DNA of 64,000 bases from a virus: IMG/VR virus record IMGVR_UViG_3300036851_000218, positions 17,402-81,401 of that record, one strand, 5' to 3'. Shown in pieces: positions 57,426 to 64,000 of this stretch; within the stretch, counting starts at the first letter, position 1; each line of letters starts with the position of its first letter. The notes below the pieces were generated by a model. It was not told the DNA's origin. It was given only the letters and a program-made list of their open reading frames with translations, and did no database searches. The translations under genes and the position numbers were made by a program.

Positions 57426-57743
57426 ATGAACGAAGTAAAATTGGCCTATTCCGACACTATGCTGGTGATGTATCAGGTGGATATTGGTGATTCATCTTTT
57501 CACGATATATGGGGTCATGTACCCCCACATCCTAGCGGCTTCTCAGCCTTTCATGACAATGCCGACCAGTTAATCGCTGCTGTGTCAGAATATCGTCAGC
57601 AAGTTGTGGTTGAGCAAGAACTCTATAACAACAACACCAGTATCAAGATCATGATGCGCCCGATGGATGCCGACGATGATCGGGTGTTCTATTACATCGT
57701 GACACCCACCGCTATCGTCCAAGTGATTGAATTGCCCGAATAA
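57426..57743 (+). CDS. Hypothetical early protein
   Basis: TAAGGAG RBS. Confidence 0.65.
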   Translation: MNEVKLAYSDTMLVMYQVDIGDSSFHDIWGHVPPHPSGFSAFHDNADQLIAAVSEYRQQVVVEQELYNNNTSIKIMMRPMDADDDRVFYYIVTPTAIVQVIELPE

Positions 57744-57759
57744 AAAAGGAGAATCTGCT

Positions 57760-58185
57760 ATGTCTACCTACAAAATCCAACGCAGTGACGGCACTATTTT
57801 GCACATCTTTGAGTCAGCCACCTGGAAAGATGCTATGCTGTATTACCAGACATGGCATATGCAAAACGGTATGCCTACTAATACTACCATGTTTGAAACC
57901 AGGGATGAATTGCTTCAAGTGGTACAACCACTGAAATCCTATCTGGTATACAGGGGCGCTGCCGGTGATAACATGCCCGATATGTCGCCTTGGAAAGTTG
58001 TTGTGGCAGAATCACCCAATCATGTGATCGGGCTTTTACATCAGCGTAATTTAATTCCTGATGTTCCTGCTAAAGCCAAAGCCTACAAGCACACTAAGTC
58101 CAGCGAATACTGGAACTTTCAGGGCGAAGGACTTAAATCCCGCCACTATGAAATCCGCGAGATCGACATCATCCAACCCGATTAG
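57760..58185 (+). CDS. Hypothetical early protein
   Basis: AAGGAG RBS before ATG 57760. Confidence 0.65.
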   Translation: MSTYKIQRSDGTILHIFESATWKDAMLYYQTWHMQNGMPTNTTMFETRDELLQVVQPLKSYLVYRGAAGDNMPDMSPWKVVVAESPNHVIGLLHQRNLIPDVPAKAKAYKHTKSSEYWNFQGEGLKSRHYEIREIDIIQPD

Positions 58186-58296
58186 AAAGGCATAACATGA
58201 AAGGACAAAAAGACGGGGTAGCAATTGCGGTGATTGTATCATTCGTTGCTACTATTCTTCTCTATCTCGCTCAACATTGTATTTGAAAGGCCTAAT

Positions 58297-58473
58297 ATGT
58301 ATACCGATTCTCAATTGTTCGCATTGACTGTTATGTTAGTATCAGCATTCGTTCTCTTCTGGTTGACAGGCCGCACAGTCCGTCAAGCTATCGAGCAGCG
58401 TTCACTCGCTTTAATCAGCATTGCTGTAGTCCTGGCATTCCTGGCCTGCTGGCTCATGCTTATCCCCATCTAA
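58297..58473 (+). CDS. Small two-TM membrane protein
   Basis: GAAAGG RBS; two hydrophobic helices. Confidence 0.55.
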   Translation: MYTDSQLFALTVMLVSAFVLFWLTGRTVRQAIEQRSLALISIAVVLAFLACWLMLIPI

Positions 58474-58515
58474 CGTCCGCATCTATAAATCTAAATCACA
58501 TAAGGAGTCCCCACC

Positions 58516-58869
58516 ATGAAACGTAAAGACAAAGCCGCTATTGGTGCTATGCACACAGTCAAGACCATGAATGAGACTGCGCTTGAAATTGCGCGGGAAG
58601 CCAAGAAAAAAGCAGTAGAGGCTTATAACAAAGCCCTGACCAACTCCAATGGCAATATCAGCCGCCGCACTAAAAAATACATTAAAGCCCGTGCTGCACT
58701 ACTGCGTGCCATTGACCTGGAATTGTACGCCTTTAAGATCAATTCGGTCAAATACCCTGACCTGAAAGAAGTCTTTTGGGCTGACTTTTCCGCCATCCGC
58801 AAAGCGCCGGTTGATGCCTATATCCCCTGGCGTGAAACCCACCTGATCGAGTACAGCCTCACGCAGTAG
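58516..58869 (+). CDS. Hypothetical basic protein
   Basis: TAAGGAG RBS. Confidence 0.65.
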   Translation: MKRKDKAAIGAMHTVKTMNETALEIAREAKKKAVEAYNKALTNSNGNISRRTKKYIKARAALLRAIDLELYAFKINSVKYPDLKEVFWADFSAIRKAPVDAYIPWRETHLIEYSLTQ

Positions 58870-58964
58870 CAAATTCTTGACAATTTCGGGTCGGTTGTGG
58901 TACAGTGATTGTTGACTTCCCCAACCGACCCATTTCGTTTACGGTACATATAAGGACAAATCTA

Positions 58965-59318
58965 ATGGCACAACAACTTGTTCACATGCTCGAAATTCAA
59001 GTGTTTGGTGATACCCAAACTCAGCCTGTCGGCGCTCGTATCGTTCCACGCGATACTGACATTCGTATTGCCGAAACCCAAATGCTGTGTGAGAAGTTCT
59101 TGCTCTCACAAACATGGCTCAAAGACATGGAGCGTTACAACCACATGGTATTTGTTTGGGACGATGATCCTAACCTGGACGAACGTTTTCGCTCTAACGG
59201 GCGACATGGGCGTTTATTTACTTTCCCGAAATCTGAACCGCTGCCTGCCGAAATTAACTGGATTGATCTGGCTGGTTTCTGCGACCTGTTCATCACCACG
59301 CTTAAGGTGATCGAATAA
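58965..59318 (+). CDS. Hypothetical protein
   Basis: TAAGGA RBS before ATG 58965. Confidence 0.6.
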   Translation: MAQQLVHMLEIQVFGDTQTQPVGARIVPRDTDIRIAETQMLCEKFLLSQTWLKDMERYNHMVFVWDDDPNLDERFRSNGRHGRLFTFPKSEPLPAEINWIDLAGFCDLFITTLKVIE

Positions 59319-59593
59319 TGTTAACCACTACTGATTGGTGTGTTATGGCTGTTATTGCTGGCGAAGCGATTGAAAAAACCATTGTTGACCTAGCTTTACA
59401 ATACCCGCCCGATACTGATGAGACGATTATGAATATCGCTATTTACCAGAATGAATTTGAAACCGCTGCTAAAATCAATTCGGGTCGCGGTATGGCAGCA
59501 GAATTTGACAGTTATTGTGTGTTTGGTAATACTACATCGTTCGTGTATGAGACGCTTGATGGCACGTGGAAGGACATATACAAACATGATTGA
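59318..59593 (+). CDS. Hypothetical protein
   Basis: TAATG coupling. Confidence 0.6.
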   Translation: MLTTTDWCVMAVIAGEAIEKTIVDLALQYPPDTDETIMNIAIYQNEFETAAKINSGRGMAAEFDSYCVFGNTTSFVYETLDGTWKDIYKHD

Positions 59594-60110
59594 AATCGTT
59601 GTTATTACCGAAACCGATAATGGTTTTAGTGACAGCAGTTTTCACAAAATTTCTATAGCTGACGATGAAGAATCCGCCCGTAAATGGATTTTAGAACGTT
59701 ACCAGGATGATCGTGGCTTTGAACCGGCGGGTAAATATGACAAACCTATTCACGGGGCAAAACAAGTTTGCAAAACCTGTCAGGATATGTGGGTGGAGCA
59801 TTATTGCATCCGTGAAGCGATTGATGTGCCGCATATTCGTCTCATTCCAACGGCGATTCATACTTACCGAGTAGATGTATACCCCGAAAATTCTACTCTT
59901 TTAATATATCGCCATGAGATAAAAGCCCGTTACCTGGATCGGGCAAAAGACTTAGCCCAACGAGAATTATACCAATATAGAGTGTTTGCCAATCGCGGCA
60001 GCAAATGGCACATTAAAAACGGCAAACGCACTATTGACGGAGTTGATCGTAAAGCCGATATGCCCGTATCTATCGTCTTGACTGACATTACGGAGTCTGA
60101 ACATGAGTAG
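59586..60110 (+). CDS. Hypothetical protein
   Basis: AAGGA RBS before ATG 59586. Confidence 0.6.
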   Translation: MIEIVVITETDNGFSDSSFHKISIADDEESARKWILERYQDDRGFEPAGKYDKPIHGAKQVCKTCQDMWVEHYCIREAIDVPHIRLIPTAIHTYRVDVYPENSTLLIYRHEIKARYLDRAKDLAQRELYQYRVFANRGSKWHIKNGKRTIDGVDRKADMPVSIVLTDITESEHE

Positions 60111-60432
60111 CGAATGGCAATTACTCTATTATCGTCAAGACACCTATGAAGATCAGATGCAGATTAATGCAGACCTGTTAGGTGACGATCTGCGGCTTGG
60201 GGAAGTAATGGGGTCAAATGTAGCTTTCCGCGTTATTCCACCCGATGAGTCCGAACAAACTCTGTGGGTGTGTTGGGCGGTAGAACGTGCTGGTCATGAC
60301 CTCTTCAAGATTGCTAATTTTTGCTATCACGTCGATAACGGTGACATCTTATTCCTCCATTCGTGGCATATTAACTACGACACCTATATGGCCTTTCGTG
60401 CATTGTTTTCTGGTGATCCTATCGAATTTTAA
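60103..60432 (+). CDS. Hypothetical protein
   Basis: GGAG RBS. Confidence 0.6.
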   Translation: MSSEWQLLYYRQDTYEDQMQINADLLGDDLRLGEVMGSNVAFRVIPPDESEQTLWVCWAVERAGHDLFKIANFCYHVDNGDILFLHSWHINYDTYMAFRALFSGDPIEF

Positions 60433-60440
60433 GGGGCGCT

Positions 60441-60716
60441 ATGGCACATTTCAATCAATCGTTTTATTTTCAAGTGTCGGACGCTTTCAAACAGAAACCT
60501 GATTGGAAACTAACGCCTGTCGGTAAGGCATTGGGCGACAATCGTTGGCTGCTTAAGCGTGAAGTGTCGGTTAAAGACGACCCTGAGCGTGGTTCGTTAT
60601 GCCTCTGTATTACATTTGACGGTTTCCCACCCCGTACCCGTAGTATTCAGGTGGGTAGCCGTACTTTACAACGTTCGATTGATGCGGGAGAAATCACCAC
60701 ATCTATTAGGGAGTAA
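60441..60716 (+). CDS. Hypothetical protein
   Basis: AAGGGG RBS. Confidence 0.6.
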   Translation: MAHFNQSFYFQVSDAFKQKPDWKLTPVGKALGDNRWLLKREVSVKDDPERGSLCLCITFDGFPPRTRSIQVGSRTLQRSIDAGEITTSIRE

Positions 60717-60723
60717 TACCACA

Positions 60724-61119
60724 ATGGCTATAAAAGCTGGTTCGATCTATGAATTTCGTGAAACCGATGACAGTTATGGACTGGTGTTTGAACCGTCAAC
60801 TGATGACTCAGGCACTTTTAGTGTTATCGCAGAAGGTGATACCGACTACAAATTCACTTTCGACATCCATACTATCGATCACATGATACATACCTTACGG
60901 GTAATAAAATCCCAACTGCAAAAGAAAATCACGATTGACGAATTGTGGAGTAATCCAGCCCATTACTTTACAAACTATCTGGTGTTTTTGAATGACCGTC
61001 GGATCGAAACGATTATGAATAAGAGTGCAGATTCTCGCCCCTCTTTCGTAGTGCGTTTTCGAAACGGCAGTATACAGCATGTTGAGCCGACTTGGTTGGT
61101 TGTGTTGGAGAAGAAATAA
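60724..61119 (+). CDS. Hypothetical protein
   Basis: GGGAG RBS before ATG 60724. Confidence 0.6.
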   Translation: MAIKAGSIYEFRETDDSYGLVFEPSTDDSGTFSVIAEGDTDYKFTFDIHTIDHMIHTLRVIKSQLQKKITIDELWSNPAHYFTNYLVFLNDRRIETIMNKSADSRPSFVVRFRNGSIQHVEPTWLVVLEKK

Positions 61120-61463
61120 TGGGCGGTTCAACTTATACGGTCAATTATCGTGTTGAAGGTGAAAAAGAAGATCGGGTGAGCAAATTGATGTCGATCTTAA
61201 ATATAACACGCGGATCGACCAGTAGTGGTGTTCGTAGCTGGAACGGTATAGCAAAAATCGGCGGCTCAGTTTACCGTGCTTTAGCCTACGGTGAAGTGCC
61301 AGTATCTTGGATATTGCTACATCAGGTTAAAGCTAACGACATCTTGATTGACGAAGTATACGCAGACATCAACCGCGCTTTAGGTTCAGGTGACGGTGAT
61401 GAAGTAATTGAACATTTGCAGATTGCCCGTCGGCGTATTCGGCGTTTTAAACATGACAAGTAA
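61119..61463 (+). CDS. Hypothetical protein
   Basis: TAATG coupling. Confidence 0.6.
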   Translation: MGGSTYTVNYRVEGEKEDRVSKLMSILNITRGSTSSGVRSWNGIAKIGGSVYRALAYGEVPVSWILLHQVKANDILIDEVYADINRALGSGDGDEVIEHLQIARRRIRRFKHDK

Positions 61464-61734
61464 AGCTGCCATCCTGTTCGTTATTATGCCAGGGGTGTAT
61501 AATGATTATACGCCTATTTCCCCCATCCATCTGACCGGACTACCGATTGAGAAAATTCAGGAGAAAACCGAACAACTGCTAGCCGAAGATATAATCGGAC
61601 GTATTGATGAATTAGTCGGTAAGAAAGATGTGTGGTTTATCTGGCTGGCAAACGATATGGGTGTGGTGCATATTGAAACCGCACCCCACGTGATTAAAGC
61701 CTACGGTTTTAATGTAAAGTACGAACCTATCTAA
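61453..61734 (+). CDS. Hypothetical protein
   Basis: Short overlap with the upstream gene. Confidence 0.55.
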   Translation: MTSKAAILFVIMPGVYNDYTPISPIHLTGLPIEKIQEKTEQLLAEDIIGRIDELVGKKDVWFIWLANDMGVVHIETAPHVIKAYGFNVKYEPI

Positions 61735-61817
61735 AATCGCATTAGCAATCCCTTGACAGCCTAGACGGTTTCGTGCTAGGCTATTTTCGTTCCCCCAAAA
61801 CACAAGGATCATAACAA

Positions 61818-62138
61818 ATGTCTGACAAACGACATATCGTTATAGTTGACATAACGACTAAAAAGATGGTAATATACAATAACGGTCAAGTGTTTCTTAA
61901 TGCAGAAGATGCACGGAAACACTTTGATAATTTGCACTCAGATTATCCGCTGAGTAAATATAACTATCTAACAATACCCGTCGAAGCAGAAAAATGTGAT
62001 GGTGAACCGTTCGGTGAAGGTCGTGATTTACATATAGCCAAACATACATTTATGGGAGGAAAAGAAAGAAAATGCGTACAAAGGTATTTGACAATATCGA
62101 ACTTGCTAAAGCAATCGGCTTCAATGCGGTCAACTTAA
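61818..62138 (+). CDS. Hypothetical protein
   Basis: AAGGA RBS. Confidence 0.55.
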   Translation: MSDKRHIVIVDITTKKMVIYNNGQVFLNAEDARKHFDNLHSDYPLSKYNYLTIPVEAEKCDGEPFGEGRDLHIAKHTFMGGKERKCVQRYLTISNLLKQSASMRST

Positions 62139-62458
62139 CGCCATCTCGCCCTATGTATGAACAACATTGGGTTTTAGTGGGGTTTAATGGTAAGTCCTGC
62201 ATCTATGGTAAACTGATTGCTGATGAAAAAGCTAAATCCGTTACGGGTTGGTCGCATAACCAAACTGAAAGTTTGCTGTGGAAAAACCACGTACCTGATT
62301 TCTTCACCGATGGTACAGCCGCTATGTATCTATTTGAACGTGCGTTAACTTACAACCAACGCATGGATTATGTTCGTGATACCGATACTTGGACACCTAG
62401 AGCAATAACTGAATATGTTATTGATTGCTTAGAGAAAGAAGGTAAATATGACTATTAA
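62072..62458 (+). CDS. Hypothetical protein
   Basis: GGAGG upstream; 128 aa. Confidence 0.6.
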   Translation: MRTKVFDNIELAKAIGFNAVNLTPSRPMYEQHWVLVGFNGKSCIYGKLIADEKAKSVTGWSHNQTESLLWKNHVPDFFTDGTAAMYLFERALTYNQRMDYVRDTDTWTPRAITEYVIDCLEKEGKYDY

Positions 62459-62753
62459 AGTCGCTGAAAGGAAATCATTTGACGGTGAGTTTGACTTCCT
62501 GGTGAAGCCGTCTGCTGATCTTAAATGGTTTGATATTATGGACTCCAACAAAGTGTGGGGTAAATATGTCAACACACAGCTATCATGGAGCGAAGAAGTA
62601 TTTGATTTCGGCAGTAAAAAGTTCTGTTTATTTGTGTGGTGGACTACACCTTATGATCCATTTACACGGGACAGAGTACATTCCTTATTAAAGAATATGT
62701 TATGGTCTACAATGGGTGTCGCAAACGATAAAAAAGTCGTAGGTTATAACTAA
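62448..62753 (+). CDS. Hypothetical protein
   Basis: GAAGG RBS. Confidence 0.6.
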   Translation: MTIKVAERKSFDGEFDFLVKPSADLKWFDIMDSNKVWGKYVNTQLSWSEEVFDFGSKKFCLFVWWTTPYDPFTRDRVHSLLKNMLWSTMGVANDKKVVGYN

Positions 62754-62802
62754 AAGTCAAGCCCCAATATCTATCAAAACCTATCAATCTAAGGAGAAAA
62801 TC

Positions 62803-63312
62803 ATGTTTATTCAGTACGCAGATGAAGAATCGCAAGAAGATGCAGAACGCAAAGTCGGTTTATATCGTGATCTGGCTCAGGCAATTCGCACAATTGCGAA
62901 TACTGGTATTCCGCAGCGTGTCAAAGGTTACATGACTGTAATTGACAGCGACGAATCTGCATACCTACCCCACATCTTAGAGTGCTGCGTGTTAGGTGCT
63001 ATCTATTTGGATTCGGCAACCGATATGATGCTGGAATTGCTAGCCTCAAATGCTGGTCGGGATTTGATGATTTTACAGCATTTAAACTATTGGTGTCCAT
63101 ACAAGGAAATTCTGACATTGCCTAATCGTTTACCACAGCGGTTCTGGCCTAAACGTATTAGTCCGCTTGTACCACATCTGAATGAGTGTCTGGTATATAT
63201 GAATGATGAGATGCGCCTGTCATTCTACGAAATCGCAGATGTATTGGAAAATCCATACGGGTTCATTGACTCAGATAAACCAGAACTTGACACGACGGAT
63301 TATTCACGCTGA
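62803..63312 (+). CDS. Hypothetical phage protein (CCVLG...ND....SFYEIAD motif)
   Basis: TAAGGAG RBS; motif pattern recurrent in small phage proteins. Confidence 0.65.
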   Translation: MFIQYADEESQEDAERKVGLYRDLAQAIRTIANTGIPQRVKGYMTVIDSDESAYLPHILECCVLGAIYLDSATDMMLELLASNAGRDLMILQHLNYWCPYKEILTLPNRLPQRFWPKRISPLVPHLNECLVYMNDEMRLSFYEIADVLENPYGFIDSDKPELDTTDYSR

Positions 63313-63551
63313 TGTACATCCACGAATTGCAGGACTTAGAAGTCTGTGGTTATACTCCTGCCATTGGTGATATTGTTGCCATTGACCAAGATGGCGAAGA
63401 ATTGTATTATGGCAGAATATTAGAAGATCGCGGACACCCTGGCGAACGTATTCGTGTGATTGTACTTGATACTGCGCAGGGGGTACAACACATTATGCTG
63501 CCATTTCTGCTTAACCCCGATAATCGTATAACGATAGAGGTAATAACATAG
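63312..63551 (+). CDS. Hypothetical protein
   Basis: TGATG coupling. Confidence 0.6.
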   Translation: MYIHELQDLEVCGYTPAIGDIVAIDQDGEELYYGRILEDRGHPGERIRVIVLDTAQGVQHIMLPFLLNPDNRITIEVIT

Positions 63552-63847
63552 TGGCAACTTTATTAACGGCCTCTAGTTTTCAAGAGGCTTGGGACTTAAT
63601 ACCCCGCAATGACGGGGTGCAATTTGTTGGTGTGTGGATTACACCCGCTGCCAGCATTAATCAAACATTTCAGGCCGAACTTACTAGCGGTCAGTTTTTC
63701 TATCTGGACTACCCCGACCAATTAAAATTCACCGCAACTTTAAAGTACGGTGAGCAATATTTCTACGGCTACAGCGACTTACCTGCGAAGGCGTTGCTAA
63801 ATGCTATTTTCAGTTACCAAGAATCGGATATATCACCGAAAGGCTAA
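63551..63847 (+). CDS. Hypothetical protein
   Basis: GAGGT RBS, GTG start. Confidence 0.55.
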   Translation: MATLLTASSFQEAWDLIPRNDGVQFVGVWITPAASINQTFQAELTSGQFFYLDYPDQLKFTATLKYGEQYFYGYSDLPAKALLNAIFSYQESDISPKG

Positions 63848-64000
63848 TATGCGTCCTCTAATTCGTATGGACTTCGATATTATTCTATTCGACAACTTGT
63901 GTTCTTTTTCATATAACCGCATATCAAATGAGGCAATTGTATTATCTAAAGATGCTATTGTAGCGCATGGTGCTATGAATCTGTTAGATGATTCTAGTTT

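Noticed and set aside
1-64000. Alternative genetic code (stop-codon reassignment)
   Set aside because: Core genes are intact and densely packed under the standard code, with TAA, TAG and TGA all used as stops.

Overview
This window is most of a tailed dsDNA bacteriophage genome (siphovirus-like, standard genetic code). Neither end is a visible terminus, and no integrase, tRNA, rRNA or CRISPR array was seen. Layout: (i) + strand replication/DNA-modification arm, 1-19.4 kb: SSB-like tail, two DNA methyltransferases, Zn-finger/TOPRIM primase fused to a helicase-like domain, ClpP, SF2 helicase, family A DNA polymerase, ParB-like, RusA-like, Mom-like, metallophosphoesterase, holin-like protein. 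(ii) - strand morphogenesis arm, 52.6 to 19.4 kb: TerS, TerL, lysis cassette, portal, prohead protease, major capsid, adaptor, tail tube, chaperones, 2645-aa tape measure, Dit/Tal-like proteins and five paralogous tail-tip proteins. (iii) A 52.7-57.4 kb control region bracketed by two inverted copies of a ~210-bp hairpin-containing element. (iv) + strand small early genes. Most notable: a holin-like membrane protein carrying a PAS sensor domain at the head of a lysis cassette whose enzyme is a clan GH-A glycosidase; the duplicated inverted hairpin element; an 11-bp-periodic direct-repeat box overlapping several promoters; and a five-gene modular tail-tip array. All calls come from motif reading by eye; no database searches were run.
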